Source: Coprothermobacterota bacterium | Lineage (GTDB): Bacteria; Coprothermobacterota; Coprothermobacteria; Coprothermobacterales; Coprothermobacteraceae | DNA: 64,000 bases | Assembly (NCBI GenBank): GCA_036679065.1 | Contig: JAZIGN010000004.1 | Location: 96,001-160,000, forward strand | Direction of reading: 5' to 3' | Part shown: positions 55,885 to 64,000 of the stretch, one piece after another | Layout of the letters: every line of letters starts with the position of its first letter | Position numbering within the stretch: position 1 is the first letter of the stretch | Program-made: the position numbers and the translations under genes | The notes under the pieces: model-generated | What the model was told of the DNA's origin: nothing | Database searches by the model: none | Seen by the model: only the letters and a program-made list of their open reading frames with translations

Positions 55885-57534
55885 ATGAAACTGGTAAAAA
55901 TCGTCGTTACTACTGGACCATCATTAGAAGATTTGGATTCAATAAGGGAAGCAGCTAAGGCCGGGGCGGATGTATTCAGGCTTAACTTTTCACATGGCTC
56001 GTACGACGAGCATGTGAAAAGGATTGAAAACATAAGAATTGTGGAAAAGGAGCTGGATAAGCCCTTAGCCATATTGGCTGATCTACAGGGACCTAAGATT
56101 AGGATAACTAGTACGGTAGCAGAAGAAGGTATTTTGTTACAAGAAGGTGCGGAGACCAAACTACGCTACGGATCAGACCCGTCTAATCAAGAAGTGCTGT
56201 ATGTTGATTACCCTTATTTAGTAGAAGATGTGGAAGTTGGTTCTTTGGTTTATCTGGACGACGGAAAGATCCAGCTTCGAGTGACTTCAAAAAATGATCA
56301 CGAACTAACAGCCCAAGTAGTTGCAGGAGGCATTGTAACATCCCATAAAGGAATTAGTTTTGCGGGTGCTCGCCTGCGTCTCCCAGCATTAACGGACAAA
56401 GATTTGAAAGATCTTGATTTTCTATGTAAGCAGGATATTGATTTCATTGGACTGAGCTTTGTTAGAGAACCTGAAGATATAATGGACCTTCGCAGAAGAC
56501 TTGACAAGGCTAGGCGCAACGATGTTGGAATTGTTGCAAAGATTGAAAGGCATGAAGCTCTAGAAGATTTGAATAGCATTGTGGAAGCCTCGGACGCGAT
56601 CATGGTAGCTCGGGGCGATTTGGCTCTCGACATACCGTTGGAAGACCTAGCTCTTGTGCAAAAGGAAATTATCAGAATATGCGTGGAAAAATGTAAACCT
56701 GTTATCGTGGCAACGCAAATGCTTGACTCCATGATAGAAAGACCATTCCCAGGCAGAGCTGAGATTACAGACGTTGCTAACGCTGTCATGGATGGAAGCG
56801 ATGCCGTAATGCTGTCTGGCGAAACAGCTTTCGGGAAGTATCCAATTCTTGCTATTGAAACCATGAAACGCATAATCGAAGCTGCTGAAACCTACCCGTT
56901 TAGGACACCGAATTTGCTAACACCGAAATCTGTACGCGAAGCACTTGTAGAAAGTGCAGTACGTATCGCTGAGCGTAGCGGTGCAGAACTATTAGTCGTT
57001 GCTACCGAAACTGGAGCCTCTGCACGAATTACTTCTGCTTTTCGTTCTGTAGTTCCCATTCTTGCTGTCACTCATAATCTTAGGTTGCAGCGCCAGTTGT
57101 GCCTCAGCCGGGCAGTCATTCCCATAAGGACCGAAGCTTCAGCATCTGCTGAGGAAGTCCTGAAAACTAGTGTCAAATGGTCGTTGGAGCATCAAATTGC
57201 AAGCAAAGGAGATCTGCTGCTCTATATTTTTGGTGATTTGACCGGTGTGGCGGGAAGTACAAACTCTGTTAAAATATATAGGATACCAACCGTTATTGGA
57301 AATGTGGAGATTCTTAAGCCAAGCAAAGGTTACATGGTGGGACATTACCTCAAGAGACTAAACGGTATTGCGTTTTTCGAGGCAGGGAAAACGGAGACCT
57401 ATCTTTTTGGTAAAGATGAGCCCGAAGGCCATCTTTTTGGTAACGTCGTTTGGATACAGGAACCCAGTGACGGAGCGGTTATTACCGTGGATTTAGAAAC
57501 AGGAAAGATCTACAATGGACATTACGTTTTGTGA
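55885..57534 (+). CDS. pyk: Pyruvate kinase
   Basis: RLNFSHG, DLQGPKIR, AKIE, MVARGDL, ATQMLDSM, MLSGETA.G.YP; ATG 55885 after GAGGTG. Confidence 0.97.
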   Translation: MKLVKIVVTTGPSLEDLDSIREAAKAGADVFRLNFSHGSYDEHVKRIENIRIVEKELDKPLAILADLQGPKIRITSTVAEEGILLQEGAETKLRYGSDPSNQEVLYVDYPYLVEDVEVGSLVYLDDGKIQLRVTSKNDHELTAQVVAGGIVTSHKGISFAGARLRLPALTDKDLKDLDFLCKQDIDFIGLSFVREPEDIMDLRRRLDKARRNDVGIVAKIERHEALEDLNSIVEASDAIMVARGDLALDIPLEDLALVQKEIIRICVEKCKPVIVATQMLDSMIERPFPGRAEITDVANAVMDGSDAVMLSGETAFGKYPILAIETMKRIIEAAETYPFRTPNLLTPKSVREALVESAVRIAERSGAELLVVATETGASARITSAFRSVVPILAVTHNLRLQRQLCLSRAVIPIRTEASASAEEVLKTSVKWSLEHQIASKGDLLLYIFGDLTGVAGSTNSVKIYRIPTVIGNVEILKPSKGYMVGHYLKRLNGIAFFEAGKTETYLFGKDEPEGHLFGNVVWIQEPSDGAVITVDLETGKIYNGHYVL

Positions 57535-57805
57535 GAAAGACAAGAAAATAAGGCAGAGTATAAAAGTGCTTAGCGTGACGGCAATCACACTCTGTGTGCT
57601 TATCGTGCTGCTTGTATTTGTGGATATGTCAGTACAGAACCAGCTAAGGCAGCTTGAAGGAACCCTAAACGCACTCGAGGACCAAAAGAAAGTGCTAAAA
57701 AACGAAGTTCTCTTCGTGGACAGCGAATACTATAATGAGAAAATTATCGTAGACATTTTAAAGGGTAATGTAGATGGTGCAACAGTCATTAGATTTGATC
57801 GTTAA
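57515..57805 (+). CDS. Bitopic membrane protein with coiled coil (DivIC/FtsL-like)
   Basis: Short basic N-terminus, one TM, heptad leucines; precedes DUF501. Confidence 0.55.
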   Translation: MDITFCEKDKKIRQSIKVLSVTAITLCVLIVLLVFVDMSVQNQLRQLEGTLNALEDQKKVLKNEVLFVDSEYYNEKIIVDILKGNVDGATVIRFDR

Positions 57806-58259
57806 GTTCCAGCTGGACCGTCCTCCCAGGGGGAGCTGGTGGCCAAGGGTTTTTTGTCCACATGGATTCCCCATGGTAATTGAAACAAAGCCTTTTCTGG
57901 AGGATGGTACTCCTTTTCCTACACTGTTTTGGCTTAGTTGCCCTTACCTCAAAGAAGAAATCTCTAAGATAGAAAGCGGCGCCGAGAAAGCGGTTATCAC
58001 TAATCAAGTTTTGCAAGATAAACTTGCGTTGGCTGAGGAGCTAGAAAGCGAACGCCTGTATGCTGATTATTTAGAATGTCAAGGTTTTGGCAGGAAGTTA
58101 TTCATTGGTGGCAGCAAGTCGCCCTTAACATTCAAGTGCATGCATGCTCTGGTAGCGTGGTATCTTGTTTCTCACCGAGGTATTGCTGCTGCGATTACGC
58201 TGGGCAAATTGGAAAGCAATTATTGTAAAGATAAGAGGTGCGAAATAGGTCATGAATGA
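57774..58259 (+). CDS. DUF501 family protein
   Basis: QL.R.PRG, CP.G.P.V, P...DGTPFPTLFWL.CP, IGG, KC.HA. Confidence 0.9.
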   Translation: MVQQSLDLIVKFQLDRPPRGSWWPRVFCPHGFPMVIETKPFLEDGTPFPTLFWLSCPYLKEEISKIESGAEKAVITNQVLQDKLALAEELESERLYADYLECQGFGRKLFIGGSKSPLTFKCMHALVAWYLVSHRGIAAAITLGKLESNYCKDKRCEIGHE

Positions 58260-59181
58260 AACAACGCTTTTTGATGTTTTCATAGTTGGTGGGGGACCTG
58301 CAGGTTTAACCGGTGCGATTTATTGTGCCAGGAATGGTTTGCGTGTAGCTGTTGCCTCAGAGGACATTTTTGGTGGCACAGTGAACAATGCAGCCATAAT
58401 TGAGAACTACCCTGGGTTCCCAGAAGGCATATCAGGTGCCGAGCTTGCTGAACGATTCAGGCAGCATGCAGTGAATGCTGGAGCGGAGCTTTTAGATGAA
58501 AAGGTTGAAACGATTGAAAAGAGTGGTAAGTATTTTGCTCTGCACGGGTATGACGAATATTTGGCAAAGGCTGTTATACTGGCCATGGGCATAGATTACC
58601 GAAAGCTTGGGGTTCCTGGTGAGTCGGAGCTTTTAGGCAGAGGTGTGTCGTTCTGTGCTACCTGTGATGGGGCTTTCTTCCGTAATAAAGCAGTGGCAGT
58701 GGTGGGAGGCGGAAGTTCTGCTTTCGCCAGTGCAGAATACATGACTAATATAGCTTCAAAGGTCTATTTGGTGCATAGACGCTCCGGTTTTAGAGCAGAA
58801 AAGGTGTTAGTGGATAGGGTACTGTCACACCCAAAGGTAGAACCCTTGCTTAACAAGGTAGTAAAGAGGATCAATGGTCATAACAAGGTTGAGAGCTTGC
58901 TGCTCGAGGATGTTAATACTAAAGAGCAGAGTGTTTTGCAAGTAGATGGTGTATTCATTCAAATCGGTCACGTACCAAAAACAGATTTGGCAAAGGGATT
59001 AGTAAACATGGACGAAAATGGGTATATAAAAGTTAGCGAGGATATGAAGACGTCCGAAGAAGGAATATTCGCAGCCGGTGATATAAGGCAAGGCGCACTT
59101 GGTCAAATAGTAACTGCTGCAGCTGACGGTGCAATCGCAGCGGAAAGCGTGTTTCGCTATATAAATGAGAAAGGCCTTTAA
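58252..59181 (+). CDS. trxB: Thioredoxin reductase
   Basis: GGGPAG, ENYPGF, GVSFCATCDG, HRR, FAAGD. Confidence 0.95.
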   Translation: MNETTLFDVFIVGGGPAGLTGAIYCARNGLRVAVASEDIFGGTVNNAAIIENYPGFPEGISGAELAERFRQHAVNAGAELLDEKVETIEKSGKYFALHGYDEYLAKAVILAMGIDYRKLGVPGESELLGRGVSFCATCDGAFFRNKAVAVVGGGSSAFASAEYMTNIASKVYLVHRRSGFRAEKVLVDRVLSHPKVEPLLNKVVKRINGHNKVESLLLEDVNTKEQSVLQVDGVFIQIGHVPKTDLAKGLVNMDENGYIKVSEDMKTSEEGIFAAGDIRQGALGQIVTAAADGAIAAESVFRYINEKGL

Positions 59182-59195
59182 AAGGAGGGTAAAGT

Positions 59196-61613
59196 TTGTT
59201 TATTAGATTTTCAGAAGAAGCAAGAAAAGCACTTAAGGACGCCCAGGAAGAAGCAAGGCGTCTGAACAGCAGTTTTGTTGGCAGAGAGCATTTGGTCTTG
59301 GCCATGCTCAACGAAGATACGAGGGCATATTCCATAATTGATTCGTTGGGTGCTGATGCTGACAACATAAGGAGTTCTATCGAAGATATACCAATGCCAA
59401 TGGCCTCGAGTTTGCAGTATCCTGAGCTTTCCAGTGAAGCCAGGAGGCTTTTGGATATTGCCAGCGAAGAGGCACGCAAACTGGCTCACTCATATGTGGG
59501 TACTGAACATCTGTTACTGGCAATTCTTAAGGAACCATCCAGAGTTAGTTCCATACTAAATGAGAATGGCGTTTTCTATGACGATGTAAGGAGAAAAGTC
59601 ATAGAAATGGGAGAGCAGGAACCGGAGGAAAAAGGAAAGACGAAAACACCAGTCCTGGATAAGTTTTCCAAGGACCTTGTCTCTCTTGCTGAAAAAGGTA
59701 AGCTGGACCCTGTCATAGGTCGAGAAACAGAGCTCAATAGGATCATTGAAATACTTAGCCGAAGGATTAAGAACAACCCCATTCTGTTGGGTGAACCTGG
59801 CGTAGGTAAAACGGCCATAGTTGAAGGCTTGGCTGAGAGAATTGCCTCAGGTAAGGTGCCTTACTCTTTGAAGAAAAAGCGCATTGTGCAGCTTGATATT
59901 TCTTCCATAGTTGCTGGCACAAAGTACAGAGGCGAATTCGAAGAACGTATGAAGAAGATTTTGGATGAAGTTAAGCGTACCAACGGACAAGTAATTCTTT
60001 TTATCGACGAAATACATACAGTCATTGGTGCAGGTGCTGCTGAAGGAGCCATAGACGCTGCTTCCATCCTAAAACCTTCTTTGGCTCGTGGCGAGATCAA
60101 AGTTATTGGTGCGACAACTTACGATGACTACAGAAAATACATTGAGAGGGATCCGGCTTTCGAGCGCAGATTCCAACCTGTTCAGGTGGACGAACCTTCC
60201 TTAGAAGAAACAAAGCAGATTCTCATAGGTCTGCGTCCTATCTACGAGAAATTTCACAACGTTAAGATTGCAGATGACGCCATTGAGGCGGCTGCCATAT
60301 TGACAAAGAAGTATGTGAAGCAAAGGTTTCTGCCTGACAAAGCCATAGATGCTTTGGATGAAACATGTGCGAAAGTAAGGCTTGCGAATGAGGTTTTACC
60401 GAGCAACCTTAGGGCACTGCTAGATGAAATTGAGAATGTTAGATTGCAGAAGCAATTAGCTATTGATTCTCAGCAATTTGAAGAAGCTGCATCATTACGA
60501 GATAAGGAGAAGGCGCTCAAGGAAGAATACGCCAGGATGGAAGAGATTTGGCTCTATGAACGGAGCATGGATGAGAATCAACCCACGGTATCTTTTGATG
60601 ACGTCGCATATACGATATCCTCTTGGACTGGCATACCTGTAGCAAAATTGCGTTTGGATGATAAGAAGAAACTCCTAGAGATTGAAGATTATCTGCACCG
60701 ACGGATCGTTGGTCAGAATGAAGCAGTTACTGCCGTGGCTAAAGCCATTAGAAGAAGCAGAACTGGTTTGCAGGACGAAAGAAGACCTATTGGCGTATTC
60801 TTGTTCCTTGGACCTACTGGAGTAGGCAAAACGGAACTTGCACGCGCTTTAGCTGAATTCATGTTTGGCGAAGAAGATGCTCTCATACGTATTGACATGT
60901 CTGAGTACATGGAGAAGTTCAATGTAAGCCGATTGGTTGGTGCTCCTCCAGGATATGTTGGGTACGAAGAAGGAGGACAGCTCACTGAAGCTGTTAGAAG
61001 GAAACCGCACAGCATTGTACTTCTGGATGAGATTGAGAAAGCACATCCAGATGTCTTCGACATATTGCTTCAAATATTCGAAGATGGCCGCCTAACTGAC
61101 GGTCAAGGTCGCGTAGTGGATTTCAGAAATACTATCATAATAATGACGTCAAACTTGGGTAGCAGGGATATTAGTGCAGGTGCAACCATAGGATTCTTAA
61201 AAGACGAGGCTAAATTCGAAAACATGGAAAACCTTGTTATGGATGCTGTAAAGAAGTTCTTCAAGCCCGAGTTCCTTAACAGGATTGATGAAATAGTAGT
61301 ATTCCACCACTTGACAAACGAAGACTTAAGACAAATCGTTGGTATCATGATGGACGATCTGAACAAACAGCTTCGTTCTCAGGACCTTGCTGTTAAGATC
61401 TCCGACAGAATGTTAGATCAGATCATTAAAGAAGGTTATGAACCAAGGTTCGGTGCTAGACCGCTAAGAAGGGCCATCCAACGACTTGTAAAGGATCCTT
61501 TAGCGGAATACATGCTCAAACACGAGAATATTAGTGGAACGTTGCTTTTGGACTTTGCTAATGGTGAGATTGAAATTAATCAGGTACCAGACGAGGAAGT
61601 TAGTAGAGTTTGA
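59196..61613 (+). CDS. clpC: ClpC ATPase
   Basis: Double Clp-N repeats, GEPGVGKT, UVR-like coiled coil, GPTGVGKT, GAPPGYVG. Confidence 0.96.
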   Translation: MFIRFSEEARKALKDAQEEARRLNSSFVGREHLVLAMLNEDTRAYSIIDSLGADADNIRSSIEDIPMPMASSLQYPELSSEARRLLDIASEEARKLAHSYVGTEHLLLAILKEPSRVSSILNENGVFYDDVRRKVIEMGEQEPEEKGKTKTPVLDKFSKDLVSLAEKGKLDPVIGRETELNRIIEILSRRIKNNPILLGEPGVGKTAIVEGLAERIASGKVPYSLKKKRIVQLDISSIVAGTKYRGEFEERMKKILDEVKRTNGQVILFIDEIHTVIGAGAAEGAIDAASILKPSLARGEIKVIGATTYDDYRKYIERDPAFERRFQPVQVDEPSLEETKQILIGLRPIYEKFHNVKIADDAIEAAAILTKKYVKQRFLPDKAIDALDETCAKVRLANEVLPSNLRALLDEIENVRLQKQLAIDSQQFEEAASLRDKEKALKEEYARMEEIWLYERSMDENQPTVSFDDVAYTISSWTGIPVAKLRLDDKKKLLEIEDYLHRRIVGQNEAVTAVAKAIRRSRTGLQDERRPIGVFLFLGPTGVGKTELARALAEFMFGEEDALIRIDMSEYMEKFNVSRLVGAPPGYVGYEEGGQLTEAVRRKPHSIVLLDEIEKAHPDVFDILLQIFEDGRLTDGQGRVVDFRNTIIIMTSNLGSRDISAGATIGFLKDEAKFENMENLVMDAVKKFFKPEFLNRIDEIVVFHHLTNEDLRQIVGIMMDDLNKQLRSQDLAVKISDRMLDQIIKEGYEPRFGARPLRRAIQRLVKDPLAEYMLKHENISGTLLLDFANGEIEINQVPDEEVSRV

Positions 61614-62833
61614 GTGAAAAGAGTCAGTACGAATGCTTAAACTGCGGGTACGTTTCCTACGTGAAGTTGGGAAGGTGCCCGCAGTGTGGCCAATTTGGTA
61701 CGTTTGTTCTTCGGAAGCCCGTAGTCGATCAAGAATCAAAAGAGAACCATAGTTACATCAAGAAACCGCAAAGAACGATTCCGACTTTTTTATCAGAGCT
61801 TAATTACGTTTTGGGAGGCGGCCTTAAGAGCGGGTCAGTGCTGCTTTTAGGGGGCGAACCTGGCATAGGTAAGTCAACTCTTGCACTACAAATCCTTGGC
61901 CATGCGGAAGCAAATGCTTTATATGTAAGTTCAGAGGAAACTCAGCAGCAAGTGCTTGAACGTGCTAAACGCATTGGTCTGAGCAATATAAATGTTGTGT
62001 CTGAATCAGATCTTGGTGATGTTGACTTAGACAATTACGAGCTGGTTTGTGTGGACAGTCTTCAAACCATACGTTTTGGTGATGTGGGCACGCCGGGATC
62101 ACCAACCATGGTAAAAGAAATAGCCGGCCACTTGGTTAAATGGGCAAAGGAATCTAACGGGATTGTTGTCATAGTGGCACACGTGACAAAAGAAGGTGTC
62201 ATAGCAGGTCCCCGTACAGTAGAGCACATGGTAGACGTTGTGTTATATTTGGAAGGAGATAGAACCAGCGATAAGCGGTTATTAAAGTTAGTTAAGAACA
62301 GATTCGGACCGAGTACAGACCAGGTCTTGCTCGAGATGCAAAGCTCGGGCCTGGTTCTCACCAAACCAGAGTTAACTGGATTAGATAAGAATCAAACTGG
62401 ATTAGTTCTCAGCGCTGTAAACACTGGAACCAGATTTGAGTTTGTTCAGGTACATGCGTTAGTAACAGATTCTTATGGACAGATCCCAAAACGCTTAAGC
62501 TCAAGGTATCCCAATAATCGATTGTTGCTTCTAACAGCAGTTATGCAGAAGTACCTCAGGGCCCCGCTGTACAAATACGACATTTATGTCGATCTGACTA
62601 CAGATTTCTTTGTAAATGATTATGGCGTAGATGCTGCCATAGTGGCAGCTGTTTATTCGAGTTTGAAAGAATTGCCAGTTTTGGGAAATAAACTGGTATA
62701 TGGTGAAGTTTTGCTTACAGGGGATATAAGATCTCCTCACCCTGAGACACAACTGGACCGATTACTTAGAGGAACTCAGTTAAACAGGACAAATGCTTCC
62801 ACTGTTGTAGAATTAATTAAAGAACTTTTCTAA
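61610..62833 (+). CDS. radA: DNA repair protein RadA/Sms
   Basis: CxxC...CxxC, GGEPGIGKST, AGPR..EH.VD, KNRFG. Confidence 0.95.
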   Translation: MSEKSQYECLNCGYVSYVKLGRCPQCGQFGTFVLRKPVVDQESKENHSYIKKPQRTIPTFLSELNYVLGGGLKSGSVLLLGGEPGIGKSTLALQILGHAEANALYVSSEETQQQVLERAKRIGLSNINVVSESDLGDVDLDNYELVCVDSLQTIRFGDVGTPGSPTMVKEIAGHLVKWAKESNGIVVIVAHVTKEGVIAGPRTVEHMVDVVLYLEGDRTSDKRLLKLVKNRFGPSTDQVLLEMQSSGLVLTKPELTGLDKNQTGLVLSAVNTGTRFEFVQVHALVTDSYGQIPKRLSSRYPNNRLLLLTAVMQKYLRAPLYKYDIYVDLTTDFFVNDYGVDAAIVAAVYSSLKELPVLGNKLVYGEVLLTGDIRSPHPETQLDRLLRGTQLNRTNASTVVELIKELF

Positions 62834-62854
62834 TTCTATTGTGAGGTGATTTTG

Positions 62855-63859
62855 ATGCGTTTTTTACGTTTTATTAGAGGTTTGTTTTATTCTTTTGTCG
62901 TATTCATTCTGCTTTACGTTTTAGTTGGTTTTATTCCCTTACAGTTTGTTGAGGAGAATCAATACATTGTGCTGGGAATTCTGAGCGCAGTAGCCCTAGG
63001 AGTAGGCTACGGATTTCTATCCACCTTTGACAAATGGGTGGAGCAGGCTTTTCAGCGAGCTGCGTCTTTTTCGTTTCAGCAATTCCAGTACATAGGTATC
63101 GGCATCATTCTAGCTAACATTGTAGGAGTGCCTATTTTGATACCTCTCATGTATGCTGGCGAACACGCGCTGGGTGTCGCTATTCTGGTGGTGCTAGACG
63201 TGATGGCCATATGGGGTGCGATTTTCGTTTACCGAGCTAAGGAACGAAGGGAAGGTATACCCACTGATCAGCCGGAATTTGTTTTGGATACATCCATATT
63301 AGTTGATGGGCGCATTTTGGATATTATGAATCTGGACTTACTCAAAGGTAGGGTTGTGGTGCCTTCTTTTGTAGTCGATGAAATAAGGCAACTGGCTGAC
63401 AGTACAGATCCCGTCAAGCGTGATAAGGGCCAAAGAGCATTGAAAGTGTTAGAGCAGCTAAAAGCAATGAGCAAACGTCTTACGCTGCTGGAATACACAC
63501 CCCGAGGAGTGAAGGGGGTTGATGATGCACTAATTCAGTATGCTCGTGACAAGAAAGCAACCATTGTAACATTAGACTCCAACTTGGCAAAGATTGCACG
63601 CTTGCATAACGCAGATGTGATCAACTTTAGTGAGGTATTTCTGGCTCTACGTCCCAACATCAACGTGGGTGACGAACTTACCATAAAAATCGTCAAGGAA
63701 GGAAAAATCCGTCAACAAGGCGTAGGGTTTTTGGACGATGGTACCATGGTCGTAGTTGAGGATGCAGCCGACTTGATCGGAAACACCGTCCGTGTAGTGG
63801 TCACCAATGTACACGTCAGCGATACAGGGAAAATCATCTTTACCAAGGTTGCTGACTAA
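62855..63859 (+). CDS. Membrane PIN/TRAM-domain protein (YacL-like)
   Basis: N-terminal TMs, LDTS..DGRI, D.NL.K, GVGFLDDGTMVVVE; follows radA. Confidence 0.92.
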   Translation: MRFLRFIRGLFYSFVVFILLYVLVGFIPLQFVEENQYIVLGILSAVALGVGYGFLSTFDKWVEQAFQRAASFSFQQFQYIGIGIILANIVGVPILIPLMYAGEHALGVAILVVLDVMAIWGAIFVYRAKERREGIPTDQPEFVLDTSILVDGRILDIMNLDLLKGRVVVPSFVVDEIRQLADSTDPVKRDKGQRALKVLEQLKAMSKRLTLLEYTPRGVKGVDDALIQYARDKKATIVTLDSNLAKIARLHNADVINFSEVFLALRPNINVGDELTIKIVKEGKIRQQGVGFLDDGTMVVVEDAADLIGNTVRVVVTNVHVSDTGKIIFTKVAD

Positions 63860-63862
63860 AAC

Positions 63863-64000
63863 ATGAATGGTTTGATTTTGGTTGCTGGTGGCAGGGGACA
63901 AAGGTTCTCCGGTGGCAAGGGTAAGATGGAGCTGAAAGTATTCAAAGGCTGGTCTTTACTTGACTATTGGCTATTTCGTCTTGAAACGTTAAAGGGATTG
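63863..64000 (+). CDS. ispD: Probable IspD-like nucleotidyltransferase, 3'-truncated by window
   Basis: MNGLILVAGGRGQRF...K; usual radA-yacL-ispD order. Confidence 0.7.
   Translation, partial: MNGLILVAGGRGQRFSGGKGKMELKVFKGWSLLDYWLFRLETLKGL

Noticed and set aside
56298..56873. Long antisense ORFs (also 5578-6081, 59033-59479, 28822-29235)
   Set aside because: Shadow frames opposite well-conserved genes, with no SD or motifs

Overview
Gene-dense, largely + strand chromosomal window from an anaerobic, probably thermophilic, amino-acid-fermenting bacterium. Gene content and divergent proteins suggest Coprothermobacter or a relative; this is inference, not a database hit. In order it holds: the end of the infB-ylxP-rbfA-nrnA-truB-ribF operon; a minus-strand hypFCDEAB cluster divergent from an Mrp-linked (Mbh-like, group 4) [NiFe]-hydrogenase operon; tRNA-fMet and tRNA-Met; tilS-hpt-ftsH running into a methylmalonyl-CoA mutase/MeaB/epimerase/Na+-pumping decarboxylase cluster and hutH; yebC-ruvCAB-queH-queA-tgt-secDF-apt-rel-dtd; a CMD protein and ABC exporter; seven more tRNAs; hrcA-prmA-rsmE-mtaB, an inverted FecCD-type ABC pair, HIT and rpsU; a fumarase-like pair with purB; ftsK; and pyk-divIC-DUF501-trxB-clpC-radA-PIN/TRAM-ispD (partial). 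I saw no CRISPR array, rRNA, integrase or transposase. The most notable points are a B12-binding mutase subunit with its nucleotide-tail pocket motifs all substituted, a 1021-aa fused double-antiporter hydrogenase subunit, a rel gene apparently starting at AUU, a Tgt lacking its zinc site, an NrnA with an internally duplicated helical segment, and recurrent leaderless starts at back-to-back promoters. Family assignments come from motif recognition by eye; no searches were run.
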